Part shown: piece after piece, positions 41,307 through 55,534 of the stretch | Position numbering within the stretch: position 1 is the first letter of the stretch | Layout: every line of letters starts with the position of its first letter | Origin: Octopus vulgaris | Taxonomy: Eukaryota | Direction of reading: 5' to 3' | Assembly: GCA_951406725.2 (NCBI GenBank) | Contig: OX597817.1 | Span: forward strand, 109,864,001-109,928,000 | DNA length: 64,000 nt | Made by a program: the position numbers and the translations under genes | Notes under the pieces: generated by a model | What the model was told of the DNA's origin: nothing | The model's database searches: none | What the model saw: the letters and a program-made list of their open reading frames with translations, nothing else

Positions 41307-42067
41307 CAGGGTCGGTGAACCGGGGTAAATTACCCCAAGTGAGGTAAAAAGGAAATTCTTATGGGTAATGAGGAATCATTAGACCTAAGTAAAATAATAT
41401 AAAAACGTGTTCCTTGTTACGACAGAGATTTTTCTTCAGGCAATGCTGCATTTATTTTTGGAAGATTGTGAAAATATTACTGTTGGCGACACCAAGGATA
41501 CAGTTATAAGGCATTTTACCAAATTTAAAGAACTCTTCTCTGATTACTTTCCCGATCTTATTTCTCACACTGTCAGTTGGGTTGTAGATCCCTTTAAATG
41601 TGAAACTGCTGATGTTCCAGAAGAGTCTCAATAATGAAGCAAGTATCGAATTCGAAAACAATGCAGATCTGTCACATCAACGGCAACAAAAGCTTTCAAA
41701 GCTGACCATGAGGAGACAGTCAAAAGGTTGCTGCCTTTTGCAACAACCTACCTTTACGAACAACGATTTTCTAATCTGATGAACATATAAATAAAGTAGG
41801 CAAATCGATTGGACTCTGAAGACTGTGTCCAAATTGCTCTAGCATCAAAATGTCCCAATTTTGATGTAATTGTAACAAAAATGAAGCAATATCATTTCTC
41901 CAAAATCTGAAGTTTCATAATGAGGATAGCAATTTATTTTATCGCATTTTTTTACACTCTTTATATTTATAATTGTATTTTCCATATAAACAGATTCAAT
42001 AAACCTTTTGAATTCAAAGAATCTGTTATTTTGGAGTAATTGGTTAAAAAAAGTTCCCCGACTCTTG
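41307..42067 (+). mobile_element. Non-autonomous hAT Buster/Charlie-type DNA transposon
   Basis: TIRs CAGGGTCGGTGAAC / GTTCCCCGACTCTTG; 8-bp TSD TTCTAAGC / TTCTAAGG (nnnTAnnn); residual transposase C-terminus FSDYFPDL..WVVDPF and LLPFATTYLYEQRFS.LMNI..K..NRLD. Confidence 0.9.
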
Positions 42068-42996
42068 TTCTAAGGGGTTAAAAACGAAGCTTCTTGCCTA
42101 TTTATTCAATCTCCTAATCTTCATGTTTTCATGTTTTCAAGGTCTCTAAGTATCAGTAATATTTTGAGTTCTGTAGTGGATTTAACTAGCTGTATCTATT
42201 AACATCAGTGACGAAGACAACTCGATCCAATAAGGAAACCTCTTTGTGGTTGTTTCGCCGGCTGTAAGTAACAGCGAAACATCCCTTATATCACACACAA
42301 CAAAAAGGAAAGACACATGAGATAATGTAGTTCCTAATACAGTGTATCTAACAATGAAAATAGCAGATATAGCATTTTCTGTAGGAACCAAGACTCAGAA
42401 CTAACTTGAATCTATGTAACACCAAAAACTTGACATTGTCCATGATAACGAATAGTTGGATAGCTGCAACGATACAGTGACGGATTAAATTTCCTTTCAG
42501 TTACGTCTCTTTACACTCTTGTCTTAACTTAACCTCGTTCTATATAAAATATGTAACAGTTACGTACTGGGTTTCATCTAATTTTGGCCTACTGCCTATT
42601 CCAGAAATCAATATTAAATTGAAATAGAAGTGCTCAACAAATTTCAACCATTTGAAAAATCGCTTACAAATATGAACTGTTTTTCTTAGCTTTATTTTAT
42701 ATTGTTTTTTTTTTCTTTTTAATTGAAACATTTTTTTTATATTTAACTAAGATTACTGTGAAATTGTCCATGATAACGAATAGTTGGATAGCCAGAAGCG
42801 AAGTTAAATTGCTGTAATGAGAAATAAATATCTTTCATCATGTTCCTTAACAAGTGGAGAAGAAGACTAGGAAACAAACAAAATGTATCAAATGCAATTA
42901 TATTTTTACAACACTGAAAACTGACAACGTTTCACTGGTTCTTAATTGGCGATAAACAAGAAATAGGTTTTATATATGTATGTGTATGTCTGCATG

Positions 42997-43083
<87 letters not shown>

Positions 43084-43227
43084 ATATATATATATGTCTG
43101 CATGTGTGTGCGAGCGAATGAATACATGTTTGTATATGCATGGATATGTACCGATATAGATACATACATATATATATATATGCACATATATGTATGCATA
43201 TATGTATATACATATATATATATATGC

Positions 43228-43259
<32 letters not shown>

Positions 43260-44037
43260 GAATATATATGTGTATAAACATAGCTACATGTAAATGTATG
43301 AATGAAGAAGCATAGAGCTATTCTACACATATAAGAACTATAGCGTGGGTGTGCGTGTGTGTGTGCACAAAGTAATGGGAAAAGGAAACATATAGAGATA
43401 AATACGCATGAATAAAACTAAATATATATATATATATATTTATAGATACATATGTCTATACATATATATATATAATGTACATTTATGCATATATGTGTGT
43501 GTATGTGTGTGTGTGCGTGTGTGTGTATAAGTCTGTATGGTTTTGTGTGTACACACAAATTAATACATACATATCTACACATACGCCTACACAGGCACTT
43601 GAGAGCTGCGTTTTTGAGGACACAAATATGGGTCAAATCTCTAGCGTGTGTATCTTCATTACTTTTATTGACACGCTTTTGCGACTAAATTATAGACTAT
43701 ACGCTTAGGATTATTCTTATAATACCATTATACAGATTATTGTTATAATATCATTATATAGAGCAGAGGAACTATGTGAACGTCTTGACAGCCTAACTTC
43801 GAAAACAGTGAGTGATTCGTTTTTTAACAAAATAATTTTCAAAGTAGCTGCACCGATGTTGAGAAACCTTGAACCAGACCGTAGATTATTTTTTTGCAAT
43901 CGTAGCCTCATGGTCCCGCTTGATGTATCGTTGTACCAAATCATTAGAAGTATTCCTGATAATGTTCGTTGTGGTATTTCTGAGATGCGAAAGTGTCTAA
44001 ATCTTTAAGTGTGCTGGCGGCCAAGCTATTCATTCAT

Positions 44038-47000
44038 TGTCAGGAACTGCAGCATCCAGTTAAGCCGTTCGTGCACGCGATTGTTTATGTTTAGAAACTG
44101 AATAGCTCAGCTTTCTGACATCGAACTGGTAATGACATAAAATAATTCAATCACGTATAATCAGGTAACACGTATGCAAAGCTACAATTAATATGAGATA
44201 AAATTAAGGTGGCGAGCTGGCAGAATTGTTAGCGCATCGGGCGAAATGCTTAGTGGCATTGTTTTTGTCTTTATGTTCTGAGTTCAAAAACCGCCAAGTT
44301 CGACTTTGCCTTACATCCTTTCGGAGTCGATAAACTAAGTCCCAGTTGAGCACTAAGGTTGATGTCATCGACTTAGCTCCTTCCCCGAAATTGCTGGCCT
44401 TGTACCAAAATTCAAAATCAATATTAGATGACAATAATATCACATCACCCAGAAACGATTTAATTTAATTCTTCTCATTATTCGAGAACTAATATTATTT
44501 GAAATGTTTCTTCTTTCAATCATGTGTCATATTCCTTCCTTTATCAGTGGTGAAATCACAATTTTTATTAATATTATTCAAAGCTATGGGGTCTGATTCT
44601 GTATTTTATTCACCATCAAAATTTATGCCATTGTTTCTTTTTCTCGTATCTCCATAATCAGATAAAATATAAAATATATCTGTTCACTCTTAAGAATCAT
44701 AGTTGTATTTTTATCTGATATAAATCTAGTTTGTTATCGTCATAATTTCTTCTGTATTATCCCAAACTGGGATAATATAAGTCATTGTTAATAGTTATCA
44801 TGGATATCTGTTCATGAAAACTGATTGATTGAGAATTCTTTCTAGATGAAGACTTATCCGATAACTCAAATGCATTCGGTTAAAATAGAAATTAATCAAG
44901 CTTGTACTTAGAGTATATGCTTTAAAACTCATTTTAAGACTTGCGAACATTTTTTTCGGCAATTCCTTTTGATTCTGGCTGATTTTCTCTTAACCTGCTC
45001 TTAATCATGTATTCATCATGAAATTCAAAGACATTGTCAACTAATAATGCTTCTGGAATGCCATTTCTAGAAAACACAGTTCTTAACGACTGCCTAGCTG
45101 TTTCTGCTTACTTTATTACTAAGTATTATTACTTCTCGCCACCAAGAATATGTATAATCAATAAATCTTGACATAAATGTGATCCACAACACACGTATCC
45201 CTGCTTTATATTTTTTTAGGCTATAACTTCAGTTTTCTTCTAGCACATGTTAGATATCGCACATATTGTCCTAAGACTAATTTCAGCTGAGTTTTTGCTG
45301 TCATTGAGCCATGATGTACGTCATCATGCATAGTTTTTGTCATCAATATTCTCAAATTAATTCTCCATTCCAGAAAATGCCATTGTCAATTATTATCATA
45401 TTTTTCTATAACTTAAAAGGCCTTTTAACAATATAACAATTGCATCAGTTATAGTTAAAAATCCAGAAAATCATTGTGAGTATTCAGTTCCATATTATCA
45501 CGCTTTCTAACATCAGTTTCTACATCAACATCAAAAGCATATTCTTCCAAACTAGCGTTATAAATAATTTCCAACCGTGATATTACATCAAATGTGCTAT
45601 TTCAGTTTCTTTTATATAATATATTTCGTAATCAATGATGTCATTTGTAAAATACCAGCAGATGCTACTTTCGGTAAAGCGTAAGTTTTTCTAAAAATAA
45701 ATTCTACTGGCCTAAGATCTGAGTCCGATTTAAATGTGTAGTCAAGCAAAAACATATACTTTTCAAGTACAGCTTTCAACGACCAAAGCTTTCCTTTCTA
45801 TATTTCAATATCTTGTTTTAGATGTGGTTAATACTCTTGACACATCATAAAAATATTCCTTATGTAGCCTTTTTCACTTGCATCACTTGTTAGGGAAACT
45901 TCTTTTGTGACATCACAAATTTGTACCTCTGATTTTGACACTAACATCAATTTTATACCCCTATGAAAATGGGATACCACATTTATGAAGAGATGCAAAG
46001 AACGATGTCCTGTCTGAATAATGATCAATACGTTGCTTATAAAAATGATAAGACAAGAAAATATTCTAATTCCCTTTTCTCTATCCTTTAGAGGTTTGAA
46101 ATTCATAATTTTTTCTATTAAACAATGGTCGCATGATATACTATTTTTGTCCACATATATCACATAAAATGGCAATTCTTCAGTCTTTTACTGACTTTGC
46201 TTGATTGATCCCCATGTCTGATAATTTTGATTTGTTCTTATTGATCCTATCCACCTTAATATGTAATCTTTCCACATTTTTAGTACCTAGACATACATTA
46301 TCTTGAAAAATAATATCATCAATATCGTTTTCAACATGTTCGGTTATTATAACTGTTATTATACCATGTGAAAGACATGTCCATCTTAAAAGGTCCATTA
46401 ATGTATTTATTGTAACTTCTTTCGTTTGAAAACCCATTTCTATCATATTTTATCTGGTAAAATAATTCATACCAGAAAGAATCTAATATTCAATATTTGA
46501 AGTTGGATAAGATTCTGAACAAATTCGTTCATTTACGCCGACTTTACAGCCTTCGCATATACTGAGATCTACATCAACATCTCACGCAACCACGAAAGAA
46601 GAGGTCCATTTACTACCCCCAGGAGGAATCGTTCCTAAAAGCCCATTCATTAGTTTCCTCAGTTTTTGTTAAGACCTCGAAATAAAATGGCCTTCCTAAT
46701 CTCCTAATCTCCATGCCATATAAGCAATGATTTTATTTTTTTACAGATTCAGCAACATCAACAACACTCACAACATATATTCTGTCATCAATTTCCATTA
46801 ACGCTTCAAACTTACAAAAATTTTCAATGAGTGATCCATCAAACTGTTTGAATTTGAAATCACTGACTTTTAGCTCTTTTAAACTTTGATCTATTCAAAT
46901 TCATTCAGAAATATTGAAGCATTAACAGTTACCTGACTGACAGCGTCAACTTGTTTCTTACCGATAAAATTATTGAGTATCGCATTGAATATTGTATCTT

Positions 47001-47981
47001 TATGTCAATTTCATAAACACTTAACATTTTCTTCAATTTTCTAAACATTTCTCTTGGATTGGATGCAAATTTACATATTTCTTGAAAGTGATTCTTTATT
47101 CCACATTTAAAACAAGTTATACCAAATGTAGGACATTTTGATGGCGCCTGCTTTTATCTGCAAAGGCGACAATTAGAGCCAGATTTATGCCTTTTTCTAT
47201 CAACATATGACATCATTTTTTATATTTGTGTTCGTTTCTTTTTACCTTTCAATCAGTAGAACTTTTGGAAATCATTTCAAGTTGTTGAATGCATGCATTA
47301 AACTTCGGATTCAATTGATTGACGGCATTATATGCTTTTATATGATGCTCAAACGATAGCATGCTATGTATGAATCTCATTTGAATCATATCATCTTCTG
47401 TAACAGTCTGGCCTTTACTTCCAATTTATTTTTCAATTTCACGAAAACGAGCTAACTCACGTAATCTCTGAGCGTAGCATTAATCGATTCGGTTAGACTT
47501 TGATGTTGTAACACACTGACCCATTCAGTAATTTTTTTTTGTCATTATCACAAGTCTCTTATTACTACAATTTTTTTTTATATTTACAATTTCCAGAGAT
47601 TTTTACCATCATAGAAACTTTTTGTATGTTTAACATATCTGCTATGGAGAAAAATAAAATCTGTGATTTGATTATAATCGTTAGTGTTCAGTTGTATGTC
47701 CGGCAGTAGCAGCAAGGCATCACAATCAATCCTTCTCTCATATCTGGACCATCCAGTAGAAGTTCATTATTATTTGGCGTCGCCATTGTCGTGTTCTGTT
47801 TATCCAAGTAAAACCGTTGTCGCACGCGATTGTTTGTGTTCAGAAGCGTTTTTTTGTTTTTTTAAACTGCATACCCAAGATCTTAAACACCAAACCGGAG
47901 CCATCTTAAAAGTCGCGATGACATGAAAGCATGATAAACGCATGCAACAATAAGTAATTTCGGCATAACAATGATATTACA
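44038..47981 (-). mobile_element. Decayed Gypsy (Mag-like) LTR retrotransposon with both LTRs
   Basis: LTRs 47787-47981 and 44038-44444 (TG...CA, shared GCACGCGATTGTTTRTGTTYAGAA). PBS TGGCGACG at 47778-47785. Gag knuckle CPTFGITCFKCGIKNHFQEIC (CCHC at 47073-47114). RT TINTLMDLLRWTCLSHGI..IDDII; RNase H SLTSDASEKG; integrase LRTVFSRNGIPEALLVDN..PESKGIAEKNVR. Order is RT-RH-INT. Confidence 0.88.
44205..44425 (+). mobile_element. SINE family B inserted in the Gypsy 3' LTR
   Basis: GGTGGCGAGCTGGCAGAATTGTTAGC...GGCCTTGTACCAAAATTCAAAATCAATAT. Confidence 0.9.
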
Positions 47982-47991
47982 GTCTTAAGAC

Positions 47992-48360
47992 TCTTTTATC
48001 CTTTACCTTTCACTTGAAGCACAACCTTGAATTGTTTAGTCGTACAAATGGACTCTAGTACTTTTTTTATCAGTTACTTTTATTATCGGTCTCTTTTTAA
48101 CGAACTGCTATGTTACGAGAACGTAAACAAGCCGACACCGGTTGACGAGCGATATTTGTGCATACATACACACATATATTTATTTATTGATTCGACGGGC
48201 TTCCACGCAGTTTCTGCCTACTAAATTCATTCACGAAGAAATGATCGTCTCAGAGCTCTAGTACAAGACACTTGCCCTAGGTGTCGCGCATTGAGACTGT
48301 ACCTGAAACTACATGGTTACAAATTGATCTTCTCAAATGCACAGCCATACTTGCAACCTG
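47992..48360 (-). mobile_element. Diverged SINE family A
   Basis: TATCGGTCTCTTTT..GAACTGCTATGTTACG..AACGTAAACA...GACGGGCTTCCACGCAGTTTC...AGACACTTGCCCTAGGTGTCGCGCA. Confidence 0.75.
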
Positions 48361-48874
48361 TAAAACGAGATTCTCAATCACAAATATGTGGAGAAATCCA
48401 TGGTTCGAGACAGCATCTTTTATTAATAACAAATAATATTAACATTTACTTTAACAAATTTAATATTTCTATTTTTATATTTAATAATAACTATAGTTTT
48501 AATGTGAATAAGTACTGCCTAATTTACACACGTCTTGCTAAGAATTGCTGCCAGATTTTCCCAATTCAAATCCTACTGTACAATATAAGGGAAGGACACA
48601 TTAGATAATACAGCCCAACATGTCCCTTATAAAGTGGAATTGCCACAGTTGAAATGACTATGATTATTGACGGTTGGAGTGATATTGAACAGCAATAACT
48701 CAGATGTTTACTGGTGCATCTGATGTTTTTCTATATACAAAGAACCCACTTGGAACGTGTTATTTAAATTATGTACATATCCAATACTTCGAGATAACAA
48801 CTATAAAATTACATGCACATACGCGCACGCACTGACACACATACATATATAAGTATATACATATATACATATAA

Positions 48875-48932
<58 letters not shown>

Positions 48933-49041
48933 TCATTTCATTGTATCTGCTTGGATTGTTTTTATGGATTCTTTCTCTCTCTCTCTCTTTCTCTCTCTCT
49001 CTTTATCTCTCTCTTCTCTCTCTCTCTCTCTCTCTCTCTTT

Positions 49042-49072
<31 letters not shown>

Positions 49073-50099
49073 GAATTCGAGACAAAGCTACCCTTTATAA
49101 ACTTGCCTTTGTTTTGATCGGCGAAACCTCTTCCATCTTTAAAAATAAATCTCTGCTTTAAATCCATCAGTTAGAAAACTATATGCTAAGCCTTTCGATT
49201 AAGCATATTACTTAGCGGTCGATAAATTTGTGTAGCTTAGAAGTCTTATTTACTATCTTATGATAGTTAAATCATAAATCACTTTTATAATTCAAGAGAC
49301 TACATTACCCTTTAATTTTTTTATATTTCATTTTATTTTATTTTAGTAGAGTGAGTGGATCAGAAACCAGATAAATGTAAACATAAATATGTTCTGTCCA
49401 TCTTTAAAGTTTTCTTCAGTAATACGAAGAAAATATTCTGTAAACGTATCGAATCACTTAAACGATTTCATATACCTGCGTTTGACATATATCAAACATC
49501 TTTTCATACAATTTCATTTTTGATATTTTGAATCTGTATAATGGCGAAGAGCACTGCTGCAATAATCTTAAATGTACAGTTACTACTCAAAATGTTTTGT
49601 TCGTATTATTTGCATTATTTGCTTGAACTACGAATCCCTAAGCCACTAAGATTCAGTGAACGAGTACAAGCCAAAATATTTTCTTGTCACTCAAAGTTTT
49701 CATGAAAATTGTTTGGTTCGAAATTTATTTCAGGAGTAGGGATCAAAATAGCTAACATTAATAGAATGCTTTGATCAATAAAGTGCTTTGGTAAAATAAT
49801 TTCTGCGAATAAACTATCTCTATACTTTATTCATCTTTTTATCATTCCACAATCATGTCGCCTCTGAAATACATAAAAGAGACGGGAAAGAATGAACATC
49901 GACTCGTTTTTTTTTGGGGGGGGGGATTTATATCTGCATAACTGCATAAAAGTCCACCACCACCACCACTACCATCACTGATTGCAGATATGGCTAAGAA
50001 GCTCGACTCGCAGGAAGAAGGTGCGCAGTACCTTGGGCAAGTATCTTCTGCATAGTCTTGTATTTACCAATTTCTTGCCAGTGAAATTTGTTCGACACA

Positions 50100-50188
<89 letters not shown>

Positions 50189-52377
50189 TGTGTGTGTGTG
50201 CCCACGCGTGCATAAATATGTAGTATCATGCTTGATAAATACTATCAAAATATCCCCCAGAATATACAGCGTCTGAAAGTGGGGTGTAGAGTAATAAATT
50301 TGTATTTATAACAATTTTATATATAACAATATGTTTACTCACTTACATATCATGCGGACTACCTTGGGTTTCATGCTCAGCAGTCATTCAGGTTTCACTC
50401 GGGGAAAGATTTAATCGTTACTGAGAATTTCGATAAAACGATGCTTTCGAAGAAAATACCTTATATGATATTTGTTTCGGCCAAGCTGGATATCCTTTGC
50501 CACATCACTCTGACCATTTTAAATGCAGTAAGCCCGCAATTTATCCGCTGGAAATTCGTAACCAACGCGATATATAAAACGAAAACAAAAATAAGCACAA
50601 ATTATATGAGATACCTAGTAACTTCTGCCATTTGTGATATCGTAATATTAATGCATCAAACGTCAAGAGAGTCTTTGTTTAAATAATAATTCAGCGTGTT
50701 GATCTTAACCTTTGAACTTCACTGAACGATTTATCTATATCCGATACAACAAAATGTAAAATATGAGGAAACTGACGTTGGTCTATGTTGGCAAAAATCA
50801 ATTAATCAACAGGAAAGTTCAAAATAGATGAAGATCATTTGTCGTGAGGTGTGTAAAGTGTAACAGTTCGCGCCTTAAACGTCATCTAAGAGTGAGCAAA
50901 GAAGAAGGGGTGTTGTCGCTTGATTTAGAAGGCACGTCCCGAAACGTTGAACTTTTCATGATAATTTAATTGCCATTACTTTAGCTTTCTTCCGATACTA
51001 TTTTATATTACATCAGGATTTGAAAATATCTACTAAATCACCAACTGAAAAATATAAACTAAATATTTTCTTTTTCTTTTTTTTTCTTTTGGTGGGGGTA
51101 TTAACTAATTCTATTTGTGATTTAGAATGTATGTTTTTGCCTCGGTTTATCTAGCTGTACAAGAAATACTGTGGATTTTCTAAAATTGAAACCCTATGAT
51201 AGATTATCGGTCTATTCAGCGAAGAGGCAATTTCTTATCTCTTTCTTATCAATTCAGAACAACAAATTCAGGGCTTAATTGTATTCTTATAGACTCCTGG
51301 CGTGGTGGAATGATATATCGAATATTAATATGTGCATCGTGAGGAAAAGAATGATCGAGAGAGAGGTATAGTCTGAGACAGGTAAGGTTAAGAGACTGAG
51401 ATAGAGTGAAAAATATGAAGAAGGAATAAGTGAGAAAACGAAAGGAAAATTAAAGAGAGCAAGTAAGCTGGATAGAGAGAATAAGAGGAAGAAAGATATG
51501 CAAATAGAGAGAGAAAGGGGGAGGCTAAGGTCAGAGCTAAATTTAGGGTTACAAGCGATGTCATTGAATTCGTTGGGCAGATAGATGGATATAAGGAATG
51601 AGAGAGAAAGCTAGGGAGAGAGAGAAAATAAATTACACCTATGATTAACTACACCATAGCATTGCACACGTTAAATCTTCACATCATAAATATAGAGATT
51701 CGAGATGCTTCTGAGAAATTACGATATTAGGATTAATGTTGCATCGGGTCGAGTTGACTTTCACAATAAATCGAGACGTCAATCGAGCGTTTGTGGTACG
51801 CCCTTTTACTTTTGTTACAAGTTATTTTATTTGCTTCTGTGCTCTTCTGTGTATTTTTGTCACCATAGTAATTGAAAAGCGGAACAGGCAGACAGACAAG
51901 TATAAATATTTAAACAAACATTATATCACACAAAACATTAATGTGTTTGAGTTGGATGACAAATATAGAAAACATGGAAAACAAAACAAAAAGAAATAAT
52001 TGTAAAAATTTTTATACCAGTGACAGAGATATTTTACACGTTTATCAAAATTCAACAAGTCATAGAGAAAGATAGATGGATAGATTAGATAGATGTTCGG
52101 GGGTGTATGGGAGTGTTATGTATACATACATACATACATACATACAGAATATATATGTATAACCCGAGGTGTCGCCGTATCAATCAACACTGAAATTAGA
52201 TTTACACTCCCGCAGTATGTTCATTTAAATTCTAATGAATATAAATTACGGAGTTCCTTCCCTTGTCCCTTCTTAAAAATATTATCATTAACTCTCAATA
52301 CGCGAGTAATTTCGGGCAAATAAAATTGTATTAAATATGCTAACCTGTACATCTCTCTCCCCCCTCTCTCTCTCTCC

Positions 52378-52433
<56 letters not shown>

Positions 52434-52780
52434 TACTCTCTATCTATCTATTTCCGTAACACCAGGATTTTATAAAAACAATTCGACTTTGAATATATAT
52501 ATATATTTTTCCTTTTTTTATCCGTTTATATACACATCAAATCTACTAGCTCCTCGGAACTAGAATGACTTTGAATATTATGCGTTTAATACTTTATCCA
52601 ATATCAGAAGCTTGTCAATAGGGTACCCAATCCACACAGTATCAAGGTATGATATAATATAAGTAAGCCTACTTAGCAGACATGTCAAATTAACCAATTG
52701 GTTGAAAATATGATGAACAGCCTCTACTAATTTTCGGTCTTTAATGAGGCTTCATCAGTGGTGTCTACATCACTTGACTA

Positions 52781-52811
<31 letters not shown>

Positions 52812-53227
52812 TGTATGTATGTATGTATGTATGTATGTATGTATGTATGCATGCATGCATGCATGTCTGTATTATAATACATATAAATTTGATTGATGCT
52901 GACACAAAGTTCTAAAGGTTGGTGGTGGGATGCGGAAACTACATTTATGTAAGATTGAACAACGCACATAACTGTCACTTAATTTCATCCACAGTGGATC
53001 AACGTGTACGCTAAGCTCGACTCTCGGGGAATATGAAATTAGAGTGCACAAAAACGAAAATAGTCCTAAGCATTTAGTGTGACACACTATAGTTTCTGTA
53101 GGTAATATTCTATATATGTTTGCATGCGCCTCTATGCGTGTGTTCGCATGCATGAGAGCGCGTGTGCGTCTGAGTGTGCGTTCGAGTATATGTGTGAGGG
53201 AAATACATATAAACATACATACATGCA

Positions 53228-53273
<46 letters not shown>

Positions 53274-53427
53274 CTACATATAGAACTAATTCCTGGAATG
53301 TTAAGCAAATCAATACTGTTGCACTGTTCTTCTTGTCCTCTAAGAAAAGTAAATAAAAATAAGCTGCTCATCCGTATTAAATATATTCTCATTCGTGTGT
53401 GAAGATGAATGGCTTTGAGTACCTCAC

Positions 53428-53478
<51 letters not shown>

Positions 53479-53610
53479 GATTATTATTATTATTTTTATT
53501 TCTATTATTATCATCATTATTATTACTGCTACTACTACTACTACTACCACCACTACTACTACCACTACTACTACTACTATTGTTATTATTATTATTATTA
53601 TTATTATTTG
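53428..53610. repeat. (ATT)n/(ACT)n compound microsatellite
   Basis: Directly visible; source of the poly-I/T ORF. Confidence 0.96.
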
Positions 53611-54434
53611 GTTTGTGTATATTCTAATTCATTTCGTTTCTGCAGTAGACATTTCGGTTAATTTTCAGATTAGTATCGACAGAAAGAAAAAGATCAAGCC
53701 AACTTTAAATTCTCTCTCTCACTCTTTCTCTCTCTCTCACTCTTTCTCTCTCTCTCCCTCCCTCTCTCTCACTCTCTCCCTCTCTCTCTCTCTCCCTCCC
53801 TCTCTCTCACTCTCTCCTTCTCTCTCTCTCTCTAGCACCATCTGTCTATCTATCCAGCTCTATCCATCTAATACTTAAGTATCTTTATTAAAATAATCCA
53901 CCATTCTTAAAGCCTCTATTTGGTTGCTCGATTTTTTCGAAGTAGCAATAAAATCTTTAATTTACAAACTCACCATCCTAGAAAAGGACACATTGATTAA
54001 TGTGATTCAGGGTTTCCTGCATTCACAAGCGAAAAACGGAATCGTCACGGTTGGAATGTCCTTCGATCATAAATCTATTTCAGTAAGGTTGACCTGTCAC
54101 TAAACAATAACAACATCGACTTAATGTTAATGTACTAAATATTAAAATTATAGAAAAACGAATCGTTGAGGAAGTTTCTATATGATCAACCTACCATCTA
54201 AAATATAAGGAAAATGTCCTTAAATCACATCAGTTGTCTTGAAACAGAAAGGAACATATTAGGATAATACAGTCATCGTTATACTGTGATGAAGAATACG
54301 GTCGTTGCTAAAACTGCTTTAAGCATCTATTCAATCATGGCTGAAAGACAACAGCAACTGCAGTAAGAAGTATGACTTGCTTAACAAGAAGATAATATTT
54401 TACAAAAGGCGCGATTTAACTTGTAAATATTTTG

Positions 54435-55115
54435 TCGATGTGGCTGTGCTGTTAAGAAACTCACTTTGCAAAAACATGGTTTCGGGTTCAATCCCACTGC
54501 GCGGCACATTTGGCAAGCTGCTTTTACTATAGCTCCGGGTTGACTAATGTCTTGTGAGTGAATTTAGTTGACGGAAACTGTGCAGGAGTTCCTTTTTATA
54601 TATGTGAGCGTGCGTGTATGTTTGTCTTCGTCTGTCGTTACGTTCTGAGTTCAAATTCCGCCGAGGTCGACTTTGCCTTTCATCCTTTCGGGGTCGATAA
54701 ATTAAGTATCAGTTGCGTACTGGGGTCGATCTAATAGACTAGACCCTCCCTCAAAACTTTGGGCCTTGTGCCTAGAGTAGAAAAGATTCTGTTTGTACCA
54801 CACACACACACACACACATACACTTGATAACCTGTGTTGGTTAGACTTGCAGTTTTATAGGAACTGACATGGCAGCGAGCAGGCAGAATCCTTAGCAAGC
54901 CGAGTAAAACGCTTAGAGGCATTTCCCCCGTCTTCATGTTCTGAGTTGAAATTCCGCCGGAGTCGACTTGGCCTTTCATCCGTTCAAGATTGATAAAATA
55001 AGTACCAGTTGAACTCTAGGGTCGATGTAATCGACTTAACCCCTCCCTCGAAATTGCTGGCCTCATGCCAAAATGTGAAACCAATATCATTGGCATTGAT
55101 CAAATAAGTACCAAT
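54435..55115 (+). mobile_element. SINE family A carrying two nested SINE-B copies (54628-54787 and 54870-55086)
   Basis: A head to about 54600; a 5'-truncated B; A body resumes CACTTGATAACCTGTGTTGG (54821); a full B; then a short A-like remnant GATCAAATAAGTACC. Confidence 0.8.
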
Positions 55116-55502
55116 TACGTTCTAGCTTTATTCAATTCAATTAATTAAATTTGTCCCATTCAAATATGAGACCGAGCGTTAATGTAAAAATCACTTAGAC
55201 TTTAGTCGTTCAGATATGAAATCAATTCCCACTGAAAGAGATTTTGCTTTACATTCGTCCCAGATTGATTCAAATGACTAGAGCCATCCCCAAAACTGAC
55301 TTCTCTAACAATGGACAAACAATCAATACTGCTTGTGATATCAATGTTATATCTGCTGTGCGTGTTTTACTAACTCCTATTTTCAGTCTGATTTGAAGAA
55401 AACTTCATAAAAGGTCGACATAAAGCATAGGATAATTCATTGATTATAATCATTCTATTAATGGTGCCCTTCTCTCTCTCGCTCTCTCTCCCTTTCTCTC
55501 CT

Positions 55503-55534
<32 letters not shown>

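Noticed and set aside
50918-50955. Hammerhead-like AGAAGGCACGTCCCGAAACGTTG
   Set aside because: No CUGANGA box and only a 2-bp stem II.
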